A stretch of 64,000 nt of DNA from Octopus vulgaris (GCA_951406725.2 OX597817.1:22506001-22570000), one strand, 5' to 3'; positions 11,929-25,953 are shown, counted from the first letter of the stretch. Notes: generated by a model not told the origin, from the sequence alone. Made by a program: numbers and translations.

Positions 11929-14194
11929 GTGAGTGCGCGCACCGGGACCACTCTTCTTAAAAAGTACCTTTTTAGTTCAGTTGTGCAGCTGAATTTTGAA
12001 AACAATATAAGTGAACCGCAAGTGAAAAAAGGTTACAGAGCACCGTCTAACTTTCATACCTTTTTCTTTCCATATCCTCATTGAGTGTGGATATGCATAC
12101 TTAAAAGTGTCCTGATCCCTACAAGTCGTAGGGGAAATGGCAAAGAGTGAAGACAATATTTTTGTTGGTCAGAGCACGTCTCTGAGTGATTTTGTGCCAA
12201 TCATCTAGTGACTTTTCTCTGGTTAAGGTGATATTTTTTTACAAGAAGTGAAGAAAAAATGACTTGGGTGGCGAGATTTAGAAACGGTAGCTTTCCATAT
12301 TAAACTTCCCTGCAGTGTCACTTCGTGTTCTGAGTTCAAATTCCATTACGGTTTGTTCTTTATGGGATCGAAAAAAAATATTGGTAGATTCGATTATCTG
12401 TAGTCGGCCCCTTTAATGTATGTCCTTGTATCAATGCAAGAAATCGTAGTAGCTGTTTTTAACTCAGCGTGTGAAGAGATATTTGACGAAATTTATGGTT
12501 GCTTGCTTACTACAGAAAGAATAACGTGTAAATACGATTTGTTTTGCTTTTCTATTTAAAAGATAAGACAATAAGGAAGAAATCAAAGAGACAAACGAAG
12601 AAGTAAAAATTCTTTGGGTGAGATAATTTACTACTTAATTTTTTTTTCTTTATCAGCTTTTCGCCACCTTTTACTAAACAACTAAAATAGATTATGGGAC
12701 TATGGTAGAGATATCTGAAGGCAAATATGAAACAATGGAAAGATAGCACAAGCTGTAAAAACGCAGGAGTGATTGATATTTTGTCGGAGAAAGAAAAGCA
12801 AGCGCATTAGAAGTAGTAATAGACGGAATATTATAGCCTGTAGCTGGACAAACAACAACGGTTTTACTTCATGGCAAGAGCGGCAGCATCCAGTATGGCG
12901 ATGCTGCAATTAGGTAGAAACAGTCAACTTTCACTAATAATACAGTTCTTACAGCTAACATAAAAATGCTGACATATTCAAAGGAATTGTTACCTTAACC
13001 ATTTAGCTGCCATAGCGAGAGGTGTTATTTATCAAATAACTGTCAAGGTGTCATATATATATAATCTTTTGACATCCACGCTAAAACTTGATTTACTTTC
13101 AGCGTTTTCCTGATCGTAATCTAGAAACTCTGGCCTAGAGGCAATAGGCTAATAATGTCCACGGCCTCCTTTATTTTACACGTCAACTTCAGAGATTTTT
13201 GACACTGATGAATTCACTTCCACAGATGAATTCACTTCCACAGAATATCACTGCAGCATCGTTCTAATGATTATTGAAATCATTTATGGGCATTCTTTCG
13301 ATATAACTCGACAAAATCAAAACATTTCACTTCGGGTATTTCCGTGGAAGCAAATGACAGTTCGATTCTGTTTTCTGCTTGGAAATTTGCGGATTTTACA
13401 AACACACATGAAACAGGTAAGAACAAATATGCAAGGCTTTTTTTCTTCAAGTTTAGAATGAGACATTGGTGGCATAATTGCGTTATGTCTATACTCCACA
13501 ACCAACGGAAATACTCGATGTGAAATGTCTCGACTTTGTCGAGCTATATCGAAGGAATGCCCATTTATGTGTTCTGAGCTACCCAAAAATCATTAAAATC
13601 TCTCAAGATTTGTTCAGTTATCACATTTTTTGCGCAGGTTTTTCTCGCAATGTACCAAGCGCTGCAATAGCTAATTATCGAATTCCAAGAAATGACTTGA
13701 GTTTTCAAGATAGGACAAATCCCTATTGTAAATTGCTCAAAGATGATAAACAAAAACATTTCTCATTGTGCTGCTGGACACAGTCTAACGTGTAATAATA
13801 TCAGAACCAATCACCAGTAAAAACAATTGATATGAAAACAATTGTGATGATAACTGTTAACAATGAGTTCGATGTATAGGAAACAAATAAGAATACTGTC
13901 TAACCGCGTGAGTATGAAAACAGAAATTTAAAAATTAAAACAAACCACGCATAATATGTATAATACGTTATAAAATATGAAGAGGATTGCTGAGGAATGA
14001 AATTCTGTGAAGGGTATGACACATTCTTCAGACCAATGGTCAGAGCAAAATACTGCTGAAAGATAAAACTGTTGGAGAAAGGTCTTACACTATTTGATTG
14101 ATAGTTGTTGCCCAAATGCTTATATTTTGTTCAAAGAGACCCTTAAACATTCATGAGAATTTGCATAATTTTTGCGCTGATGTTTTCTAGACTT

Positions 14195-14420
14195 GCATGG
14201 TTTAGTTTTCTATGCTTGCATAGTTTAGACGTTGAGTCTCACTGTTTGCCGAGTTCTTTTGTCATCTCTTTTGTGAGGTTCACTATCCTGAGATCGGCTT
14301 TCACAATTTCTCTTCACGTCTTCCTTAATTTCCTCCTCCATAGTTCCTCTCGGGTGGATTATATGGCAACGTTTTACGAAGCTGTCATACATACACTTCG
14401 CATTTCATCAGAGCAATTTT
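14195..14420 (-). mobile_element. 3' end remnant of an RTE-type LINE
   Basis: Minus-strand frame resembles G..GRGR.RKTW.E.VKADL....LTKEM, the typical RTE ORF C-terminus. Confidence 0.5.
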
Positions 14421-14700
14421 CTCCCATGCACCCGATATATAATAAATATAGTCATTCTCTGAATTGGTCTCTGCTTCGTAGTTCATACGCATTAATTGTA
14501 AGAAAAATAACTTCACCATCTCCGTTTTTAACTCAAATTTGCTAAGCTTACTAAGAACCACAAAGTAGTGTTGGCAGGGTTTGTATGGTCAATTCGAGGT
14601 TTGATTTATATTACCATATTCTCATTCCATACTAAAAAGGAGTCTGCTGTATCTGCGTAGAGAAATATAAGAACTTCATGGGTACTTGTATAGTTGGATT

Positions 14701-14925
14701 GCGAGCTGGCAGAAACGTTAGCACGCCGGATGAAATGCTTAGCGGTATTTCGTCTGTCATTACGTTGTGAGTTCAAATTCCGCCGAGGTTGACTTTGCCT
14801 TTCATCCTTTCGGGGTCGATAAATTAAGTACCAGTTCCGCACTGGAGTCTATGTAATCGAATTAATACCTGTCTGTCCTTGTTTGTCCCCTCTTTGTTTA
14901 GGCCCTTGTGGGTAATAAAGAAATA
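14701..14925 (+). mobile_element. SINE family A
   Basis: Matches the family consensus; TSD GTATAGTTGGATTGCG. Confidence 0.92.
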
Positions 14926-16535
14926 GGTATAGTTGGATTGCGTATGATTCCATGCTAGAAAACTTGTCAGCAGTGAAAGCAAAGCTAATATTTAATGTCG
15001 TTATTTTCCTGAATTCTGTAGCGAAAAATCTAGTACGTTGATGGTATTTTGCATAAAAAATTCAGCTGCAAAAGGGATAAATCACAAGCTTACATGTAAC
15101 TGAAGAATGAAAATATTGAAGCTATAGAACCACACTAAACTTGGTTCCATACTTTCAAGCATTATACTTGTGCATGGCAGTACATAACACACTGCTCAAT
15201 GAGGTAGCTTCTATGCAGTCATTTGACTTGCTAGAAATATCAGCCAAATCTCAAATGAAACTTTAATGTATCTATAGAATTTAAATTCTAATAATTATTA
15301 ATTTCAGTACCTTATTATTTTGGTCGCTCCACTCGATCTTTAAATGAATAATTAAATGAATAGATAAATAAGCAGAAAATTAAATCGTTTGATTAATACA
15401 TTTTTTTATTGACTCGTAAAGAATGGAAAAAAAAAAGAAAGTGACCTCAGTAGATTTTGAACTCGGAATGTATAAGTGTGCAACTAAATAACGCGAAGCA
15501 TTTCGCCCAAGGCTCAATTGATTCCGCCATCCACTGTACATGCCTTAAAGCTAATTTGGCAACAGCAGACATATTAACAAGCAACGGAATTCCTTCTCTT
15601 TTCCGCCTCCTTCCTCATTCCCACCTCTTCTCCTCCATCCCTTCCTCCTTCCATTTTTGCAACAACAACAACAACGACAACAACAACAATAAAAACAACA
15701 ACAACAACTACTACTACTACAGCAATTATACATCAGCAAAAATGACGTTAGTTCTAGTAGTTTCTTTATTAAAAGAAGACTAAATCACCGTATCTAGAAG
15801 ATAATTTGGACAATGGCTCTTCCATGCTATGAGAGGATCTTTCATTTATAATTAGCTTTGAGTTCAAACATTAATCTCTTTTCTATCTACCGATTTCAAC
15901 ATGACGATTGTTTACAGTTCTTTGACTGCTTAGTGAATGATCAGCAAGACAGTTTTCAATGGATCCATTGAATACAGACAAATGTTTCGTGATTCCCATA
16001 TGCCTGTTACTGAGCGTGGAGAGAACATAAAAGTTAATAATGTAGTTTTAGTGTATACACACATGTGTAAGGAAACGGAGGGGGTGGGGGGGAGAGGAAA
16101 TAAAGGAATGATTGAACATGGAGAAAAGAATGAAAGAGGCAAAAATGTCAAAAGGTAATGATGTAAACAGATAAAGGGAGATACATAGACAGATGGAGAA
16201 CGAAATGAAGACAACGTGTGTGTTTGTGTGTCTCTGTGTGCGTGTGGTCGTATGAGGTGAGCAATCAGAATTAACGAAGTCTGCTTATAAAATGTAAATA
16301 TATCTTATGAAACAGGATGATATGTCTAATACGCCTACAGACATCAGTACTCACGCACGATAGATCTTCAGTCGTTCATGACAAAGAGCTGTATAATCAA
16401 ATTAAACTACCTACTTGTTAAATTAACGCATAAGTTGGACGAGTATTCCACAGAGATGTGAATCCTTAACGAATCAATCAGTATGACACAATAATACGTG
16501 CCAAGGCTGGATCTTTGAATCTTGCATGTACAATC

Positions 16536-16957
16536 ACTCTTTTACTTGTTTCAGTCATTTGACTGTGGCCATGCTGGAGCACCACCTTTAGTCGATGAAA
16601 TCGACCCCAGGGCTTATTGTTTTGTAAGCCTAGTACTTATTCTATCGGTCTCTTTTGCCGAACCGCTAAGTTACTGGGACGTAAACACACCAGCATTGGT
16701 TGTCAAGCGATGTTGGGAGACAGACACAGACACACAAACATACACACACACACACGCACAAACTCATACACACACACACATATATACATATATACGACGT
16801 GCTTCTTTCAGTTTCCGTCTATTAAATCCACTCACAAGGCTTTGGACGGCCCGAGGCTATAGCAGAAGACACTTGTTCAAGGTGCCACGCAGTGGGACTG
16901 AACCTAGAACCTTGTGGTTGGTAAGCAAGCTACTTACCACGCAGCCACTCCTGCGCC
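16536..16957 (-). mobile_element. SINE family B
   Basis: Full-length match to the other B copies, including the internal CA repeat. Confidence 0.9.
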
Positions 16958-19107
16958 TTTCTAGCACGTTTCTTTACAGTTTCCATGTACTCTATGTCAC
17001 GAGGTTTGGGTTGACTAGAAAATAAGGAGGAGAGATTTGCGCAAAATTGCCAAGCAGTGTGATCGAACTCGCGCCTGTATAATTTCAAAGTAGACTTTCG
17101 CGCGTATATACATATATAAGAAGCTTAGGCAACACTCTCAGCTGAATATGATCTGGTGACTTGTATCACACTATCACAGTTGTTGTAGCTGCCTCTTTTG
17201 TTGTAATTGTTGGAGTTGTCTCTATAGTCGCAAGTTGGCACAGTCACTCACCTAAGCCCTCTCACCGAGGGTAACATGGAAGATATGGTAGTTGGAGGGA
17301 AAGTGAGTCGCACTAGCTGTCGGCTGGTACTCATTTTTGAACTGATTAGGTTGGAGTAGCGTGAAATATATATATATGTATATATATATATATTAACCTT
17401 TCGTAACCTATATGTAATGACTTGAAAAATGTAATGAGTCGATTTGTTCGATTAAAACCTTCAAAATGGCGCCCCAGCATTACCGCAGTCCAGTGATTGA
17501 GACAAGTAAAAGATAGAATGTCTTCTCTTACCACACATCTGATCGTAGATTCTGAAACCTTGAGCTATCACGATGACGTTTATCATTTGGCTCGTTTGTC
17601 ATTGATGTCCGATTGAACCTGTTGGACAACGAATTCAGCCGCTGAGAATATTATTTTCTCGTCCTTGCTGAAGTCCCAACCACGAACAAGAAAGATCCAA
17701 TCACTTTTAAGAGGCTTGCCATCTCCGAGTCACTGTGTTTGGTGGCTCTGTTTAGAGCATGATATGCTTCTTCGTTTCCTGTGTCAGTAATTATCTGATC
17801 ATATCAATGCTATCGGTAAGTCTGACAGAGAAATGAGAATGTTGAAAGTAGAGTGATATTTTGCTTCGCTTTTATGGCTCACTAAAGTTCTGTTCAGAAA
17901 TACCCGGCGCACCCTATTTGTACGCTCACACACGCATATATAGAAACATACACTAGACTCATACACACTTGCACGTACGCACGTACGCACGTACACACAC
18001 GAGCATGTGCGCGCGCACATACATACACACATATATACTGATAGAGCGACAGAGAGAAAGAGAGAAAGAGAGAGAGAGAGGGAGAGAACGAGAGAGAGAG
18101 AAAGAGAGAGAGAGAGGGAGATAAAGAGAGAGAAAGGGTACGCCCATGCACTCTCAGTGCATAGCGGCACGCACACTCAATCACTCAGACGCATGCTCTA
18201 CACACAAATGACACACATGCAGTTACATAAAACATACGCACACACACACACAGACATACACATACATACATACATACATACATACATACATACATACATA
18301 CATACATACATACATACATACATACATACATACATGTACGCACGTGTATATGTGTCAATTTGCATATTTATTCGTAGTTAATACTTAATTTAATATTTAG
18401 AAAATTCCGAAAAAGATATTGATTGCTTTAATTGAATTTCTGCTTGGTTTATTTAATTCCTTATCAACGTTTAATGTGTGTTAATTAAATATCAATAAAA
18501 TTTAAAAATAACCAGATGAGTGTCTAGGAATCGTCTTAAATATTGATCACTTGTGGTCGTATAGTTGCTAGTTATTTTAAACAAGACACTTAATGTTTCT
18601 CTTAGAATTCCATCAATCATCAATGAAAGGCTATTCACGAAAGTTATTTAAAAAGCGATTCTTGCTTACAAAGCAACAAATCTCGGAACGGATCTATGCA
18701 AGCTGGAATCGGTTACTTAGGAAAGCTATCAAGACAAAGACAAGCAAACAACCAATTCAAAAATCAAATCAATAGATATTTGAAAAACATTAAATTTGAT
18801 AGACACTTTTAATGTTCTAAAAGGGCTCATTACTAATAAATTGACATTTATTTTCGTGTAAGAGACATAAGCCGGACTGCTTTTTCAGTGCATCTCACGT
18901 ATGGTGTATGATGGCATTGCCACTCACAGTAAATTTTTTTTTTATACTACATCGAAATAAAAGCCGTCTGGTTAATTGGAAAAATACGTCCGTTACCAAT
19001 TCACTGACCAAAATACACGTATTATTAGTCATGGCTACAACACTTTCTGCTCCTCTGATTTAGTAGTATATTATGTTTTTGATTGGTGTATACGTGGCTG
19101 TGTTGAA

Positions 19108-19341
19108 GGCGGCGAGCTGGCAGAAACGTTAGCACGCCGGGCGAACGAAATGCGCAGCCGTATTTCGTCTGCCGTTACGTTCTGAGTTCAAATTCCGCCG
19201 AGGTCGACTTTGCCTTTCATCCTTTCGGGGTCGATAAATTAAGTACCAGTTACGCACTGGGGTCGATGTAATCGACTTAATTCGTTTGTCTGTCCTTGTT
19301 TGTCCCCTCTGTGTTTGGCCCCTTGTGGGTAATAAAAAAAA
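19108..19341 (+). mobile_element. SINE family A (first of a tandem pair)
   Basis: Consensus match with CpGs intact. Confidence 0.93.
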
Positions 19342-19386
19342 TATATATATTACGTTTTTGATTGGTGTATACGTGGTTGTGTTGAA

Positions 19387-19615
19387 GGCGGCGAGCTGGC
19401 AGAACCGTTAGCACGCCGGGCGAAATGCGCAGCCGTATTTCGTCTGCCGTTACGTTCTGAGTTCAAATTCCGCCGAGGTCGACTTTGCCTTTCATCCTTT
19501 CGGGGTCGATAAATTAAGTACCAGTTACGCACTGGGGTCAGTGTAATCGACTTGATTCGTTTGTCTGTCCTTGTTTGACCCCTCTATGTTTAGCCCCTTG
19601 TGGTTAATAAAGAAA
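19387..19615 (+). mobile_element. SINE family A (second of a tandem pair)
   Basis: Consensus match; preceded by a duplicate of the flank that precedes the first copy. Confidence 0.93.
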
Positions 19616-20563
19616 CATATACGTGGCTGTGTTGTTGAGCAAATGTTTCGTAAATTCAGGGTTCTGAGTTCGATATCAGTGTGCAGAACCTTGAGACAAG
19701 ATCATATCTCGTACTCTCGAATCGTGTCAAGCTTTATAGATGAAACTGGTTAGAAAACTGTGCAAAATAGACTGCACCTACTTTTGTGTAGAAGACGTCT
19801 TGCTCTTGGTTGCTTTAATCAGTTGTTGGTTGCTTTAATCAGGTTCGATCCAGTTTCCAGTCAGAGAGTACCAAGATCTTCCCTTTCCCTCACCAGTTTC
19901 AGAGTCTAAGCAAAATGTCTATAGGCACCGTCCGTTTCTGATCTCATTATCTCTACCGAATTTTGCGTTTTAACCCTCACACTAAATATTTTCCCAACCG
20001 TTATGTGTTGTGTCGAAGAACAGTTCGTAAGAAATTGCGAATGGTAAAAAGAACTCGAAGAATTTTACATTTTCGTATTACCACTCGACATTTTTACATG
20101 CTGCAAAAGAGGAGATAGATCGATAGATCCCAGATAGTTGGTGGCAAACATGTATTACATTCTTCGAAAACACACACTAAATATTTGAATTTGTTATTGA
20201 AACTTCCGACTTTATTGATGTAATGATTAACTTCAACTAATGTAATCATAAAAGACTAAGCAATCTGGACACATGTTTTTCGTCTTCATAATCAGTAAGA
20301 AGAAAACTCTATACATAAGCCTGATACCGATTCTCCAGGTGTATTAACTGAGACACGAAAAATTAAACTGTTTTTATTTGTGTGACCTGGATGAAGGGGA
20401 TACGCCCAGGGTTTCGTAAGGTCTCCGAGATCAGTGAGATTAATGTCGTTAGCAATCTGTTGAAATGATTGCAGGAAAGACTACTTGGGGAAATTCCAGA
20501 AAGGAAGGACTAAATATAGTATTAGTAGTGCGGGCTTGGGGATTAGATATAATATAAGTGATA

Positions 20564-20816
20564 GGCGGCGAGCTGGCAGAAAAAAAGGCGGCGAGCTGGC
20601 AGAAACGTTAGCACGCCGGGCGAAATGCGTAGCCGTATTTCGTCTGCGTTACGTTGTGAGTTCAAATTCCGCCGAGATCGACTTTGCCTTTCATCCTTTC
20701 GGGGTCGATAAATTAAGTACCAGTTACGCACTGAGGTCGATCTAATCGACTTAATATCTATGGCTGTCCTTGTTTGTCCCCTCTGTGTTTAGCCCCTTGT
20801 GGGTAATAAAGAAATA
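20564..20816 (+). mobile_element. SINE family A with duplicated 5' end
   Basis: GGCGGCGAGCTGGCAGA occurs twice, separated by an A run; TSD TAGATATAATATAAGTGAT. Confidence 0.92.
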
Positions 20817-20829
20817 GATATAATATAAG

Positions 20830-21330
20830 TGATGAGAGAAGGAGAGACAAAGGAGCTAAGTGTGCTTTGGTGATGGTACACGAGACCAGCCAATTAGTAA
20901 GCTGTAGAGACAGTTGTAGTATAAAAGGAAGAGGAAAGAGACATCATTTCTAGAGAACAAAAGTTGCATTATATTTTAGAGTGACATCAAACTAATCAGC
21001 TGAGTGAAGTTTATTTGGATGCGATCTAGGTGTATAGCAGCAACACTGTTCCAGATTTAGCAGCAGTACTCCACTGTCGACTACATTTAAGAAATTAATG
21101 CGAGAGATCTTCAGTGTTTGTGGGGCTAGAAAGGGCTCCTTAGCGCCGTAGTGAAGGCAATCTATCTAGGGAGATAACCTTACAATAAATCACTCGGTCC
21201 GTAGCTTAGAAATACTGGGTTGACGTCCAACGGGAACAGCTTTGTTTCATGGAGGAGGAAAAATCTTCTTTAGTACTTGGTTGTACAATGCTTTCCAATG
21301 TGTGTAGTTGTGGCGCGCGCACACATTATT
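20830..21330 (-). pseudogene. Decayed CR1/Jockey-like LINE, RT C-terminal remnant
   Basis: Minus strand reads EYCC*IWNSVAAIHLDRIQ (EYCS.IW...LDRVQ motif), followed by an SL.LFY..Y..CS.EL-like segment. Confidence 0.55.
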
Positions 21331-21874
21331 AGCCATTTGAAAAGACTATGGAATTTAGTCTCGACCACGGTCGAACAATGATGATGATGATGATGATGAT
21401 GTTTGTGGGGCCCATTGTTTTGTAACTACATAAAGTTGTTCTAACGGCGTACTGTTTCCGCTGAAGTTGTGGCGGATTGTGATGATGTTTTCTTGATATA
21501 AGCAGTGAGAGATTTCTTTCTTTTTTTTTTTTAAACTGTAGAAAGAAACAATAATATGTACTCCATTGCAGTTGGTAGAGTGTAGATTAGAGACAGTTCT
21601 ATCAACATACGCCACATTAATGGGATCTGACAAAAAAGATATTGGATGCAGCTTTAACAGGACGCTCAGGTGTTGGAGATGCTAGGAAGCTTAGCTGATG
21701 TCAAGGACAACAATGCAAGAGTGTGACATGGAAAAGCAGATCTCCAGTAGATTTGATTTTACGAAATCCATACTATTTGCAATTCCGGTGAGAGAAATAT
21801 TTAAGGGTTGCACATCCTGGGAAAAGGATTCACTTCACCGTGTTTCCAAAAATGTAGTAATATATCAACTGAGA

Positions 21875-21926
<52 letters not shown>

Positions 21927-22458
21927 GAGAGACTGGAGTTTCGTGTACGGAGGTTAGCTGAAGGAAGAATTGTAATACAAGATACGTTGTCAATGTTGGT
22001 GACTACATTGGATTGAAGTGACTAAAACCAAGTTTCACTATTGGTGTATAATTTTGCATGTCGGTAAACATGGTGGAATAGAAGAGGACAGCCTTGGAGA
22101 TTTATGTAATGTGTTCAGTGTGGACTGGGATACAAAGTAGGCAGTAGATGTGGAACCTTTCTCTCCATGGGATTATTACCAAGAGAACTATCGTGATTGA
22201 GGAGTAGAGGAAAGAAGGATTCTTCAAGTTTGGTTGAGCTTCTTTTGACAAGGGACAAGGAAGATCTGTTGTAGTTTCGTTGGACGGTGAACTTGCAACT
22301 AGTTGTCCGGTTTGTAGCGGTAGCCCGTGTTTTTCGCCTGAACTACTGTAACGCAGCAACGAACGAACTACTTCGGAGACTTATAGGTGTGATTTTTAGT
22401 TTTGTGCGGGATGAAGGGTGGTATGCACAGGAAGATGGTGCCACTCATCTGGTTAGCT

Positions 22459-22642
22459 GTTTCTTATTTCTGTATTACCCACAAGGGGCTAAACATAGAG
22501 GGGGCAAACAAGGACAGCCAAAGGGATTAAGTCGATTACATCGACCCCAGTACGCAACTGGTACATAATTTATCAACCCCGAAAGGATGAAAGGCAAAGT
22601 CGACCTCGGCGGAATTTGAACTCAGAACGTAACGGCAGACGT
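22459..22642 (-). mobile_element. 5'-truncated SINE family A
   Basis: Consensus match; TSD TCATCTGGTTAGCTGTTTCT. Confidence 0.9.
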
Positions 22643-23470
22643 CATCTGGTTAGCTGTTTCTGATGAAACAGGGTTGAAGTGCAACGTGTTACCAGAGATA
22701 GGTAGAATTCATTTAGATTCAGTGGGGCATCAGGTTGTCAACTGACCTGAAGTGCTTTAGGGTCTACGAGGTTGAGGATGGTGAAATATGGTGATATGAG
22801 ATAAATACTCCTGATAAGATGACTACTAGATTGGTAAAGACAGTCAAGGTCTGCTGGAGCTTAGGTTTGGAGATGAGAAAGAGACTAATAGTGCTTGCAA
22901 TGTCAGTATTGGCCAGAGATGCATCTAGAGAATGAGAATTGAGTTGAAGATGTAAAAGGTTATGTTTTTTTTTACCGGCACCAGTGGTATAGGGTGAGTA
23001 TAAGAACCCCTCAAAATTCTTTTAAAATGTCGTGTGTATTAATGTCACTTAGTGCAACATCTATCGAGAGAAGTAAAGTGATATAAAAACGTACATCGAA
23101 AAGATGAATACAGGAAAGTTCATTTTCGTGAACATCATATGTACACAGACACACACACACACACACACACACACGTATTCAAACAAATCATTAACTTCAC
23201 ATGAATAAATTCATTAGTGACTAGTAAGTAAGTAGTCACTGCAGAATAGGTCTCGTGAATCCTTATAATCTGAGGGAAGATATTAATCTCGGTAACAACA
23301 TACTGATACGTGTGTGTGTGTGTGTGTGTATGTGTGTGTATGTATGTATGTTTGTGTGTATATATATATATTTATATATATATATATACATAGACATACA
23401 CACATACGTATAGATATATAGATATAGATATGTGTGTGTCTGTGTATATGCATATATGTATATGCATATT

Positions 23471-23510
<40 letters not shown>

Positions 23511-23590
23511 TATACATCTATCTATCTATACACACACATATATGTAAATATATATATGCATATATTTCTCTCTCTCTCTCTCTCTCTATC

Positions 23591-23622
<32 letters not shown>

Positions 23623-24267
23623 TATATATACATACCTATATATACATATATGTGTGTGTGTGTGTGTAGATGTATGTATGTATGTATGTATGTATGTATG
23701 TATGTATTCTCCGTCTGTGAAGAAGGGCAAGTGTTCACAACATTTGATAATTTCATTCCTAATGGCAACTGAACTCAGTGAACTCTTCTGTGAAATCTCT
23801 CATCGATTTAAAGTGTAATGATGCTTCTGAAAAATTCAGAGATTGTCTTTTCATTGCCTTCTCCAAGCTATTTGGGTGAGGTGAATTCAGAACTGCCTGT
23901 TAACCTTTTGTCTATTTTACAGTACTTTACAGTACTGGCGTTATTATTTAGCCCCAAATCCGTTCTGATCAAGCAGACATGTTCAAAGATATTCTAACTA
24001 TGATATGTCAAAATTTTTTAGAATGTTGTAAAGTATGATTTGAAACACATTTGTGATATCCTGTTTTTCTTTCTTTTTTAGGTATAAGTCATCGTAGAAT
24101 GAACTGACACAAAATCGAGATCAATGAAGCCACGATCATCCTGTTTTTTTTAAGCAATACTATACTCGAATTTACATTAACCAATGTGTCCTTTTAAACA
24201 TAGTACATTGTGGTTTACGTGAACTTTGACAGGAATTTTAACTGGGCAGAGAGGACCAAAAAGAAAA

Positions 24268-24895
24268 AGATAATCTGGTTCAGCCTCCCATGTAACGCAG
24301 AAGATGCCATCAACTAGCTAGGAGCTCCCTGTTGTTCATTATGAAGAAATTCTCCTGGGGCCACAAACACTGTAACCTCTTCAACCTACATAACGTCAAT
24401 GTGAACTACTTCTGCTTGAATAAGATCGCTTCCAATACTGCATGCTAACAGATGCAAACATGCATCTTCAAAAAGTGCATCTTCAAAACCTCCAAAGCCA
24501 AGATGTAACTGTCGAAACCATACTAGCTTCCCTCTAAGTGGATTCTGCACCTCAAGGGCTGTAATCTATAGAGCTACTCTTACACCATCTGAATACATCA
24601 CAAAGCAATACACGGGCATGGCAGCCATTGATATCAAGGTAAATCATACAGAGCATAAGCACTCACCTAAATGCAGGGATAGAGAGAATTCCACTTCTTT
24701 GTCTACTTCCCTCTAGAGACTCCGTGACTTCTGGAATGAAACATCCAGCATGGAATAGGCCATAATCGACAGGAGCCCTACCCTACTTTCCCGACACCCG
24801 TAATTGCCGGTTCCTGCCCCCGTGAAAAACTGCTCATTCTCCACCAACCCATGTTACCTATCAAGAAGAAATACGAATTATCAAATTGCTGATAT
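24268..24895 (+). pseudogene. Penelope-like element remnant (linker plus GIY-YIG endonuclease)
   Basis: Reads KIIWFSLPCN...LFNLHNVNVNYFC...CNCRNHTSFPLSGFC.SRAVIYRATL......YTGM...STSLS...EK..I, matching the PLE pattern IIWFNPPY / CNCR..CPL.G.C...VIY.A / YIG; contains stops and frameshifts. Confidence 0.8.
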
Positions 24896-25600
24896 CAAAG
24901 GTACACCCTCCAAGTGAACATCAAACCACTAGCTGCCAACAACCCAGATATACCACCTTGACATCGGCTGCTCCTGAATATTGGCTGCCCCACAACTAAG
25001 AACAGGGTTTCAACTAACCACTGCCTATGCAGACCGCAGAATGACAGCACAACATTATGCCTCCCCTGCAGCACCATACATTCGCGTCCATAAACATGTG
25101 TACGGACATAGACACGCATAAACACGCACAAATACATCCACAGCTGTACACAGTCACACACACATTCACAAACATACACAAACACATAAACACATTTGTG
25201 TACGCACATTCCTCGTCTTTCCATTCCCACAACACCAAACCTCAGTCCAACACCCATCGCTATCGAGCAACGCTGTTGAAACTACACTAGCCTACATCTG
25301 TCACACCTGTATATACAAATATCAAAAGCACGTATATGTTTGTATGTATGTATGTATGTATGTATGTATGTATGTATGTATGTATGTATGTATGTATGTA
25401 TGTATGCATACATGCATGTATATATGTATACATACACATCAGACACACCCAAATTAATGTTCTGTCACACAAACTGGGACCAACTCATACGTTTATACAG
25501 AAATGACTTACAAACTAACACATGCGCACACACATACACACATATCCATGCATTCACACACGCACACACACACATACGCACGCACACACACACACACACA

Positions 25601-25649
<49 letters not shown>

Positions 25650-25901
25650 CAGCTGTGCGATCCAAGAAATTTTCTTTCTAACCAATATCTGGTGTCGCTG
25701 AAATGCCGACATGACGTTTAACACCACATGACCCACATTTGACTAATAGCAGCCCAATTTTTAGTGACCATCTTCACATTCCAGCAGCCATCTTCGACTT
25801 TCTCTGTTTCTTTATTTGGTAATCTAAACCCGAACGAGACGGGGTTCTGTCAGAGAGCTTGTGAAACGTTTAGTCACATAAAGCCGAATGAAACTGCTTT
25901 A

Positions 25902-25919
25902 AATAATAATAATAATAAT

Positions 25920-25952
<33 letters not shown>
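25902..25952 (+). repeat. (AAT)n microsatellite, insertion target of a Dong/R4 element
   Basis: Direct observation. Confidence 0.95.
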
Positions 25953-25953
<1 letters not shown>

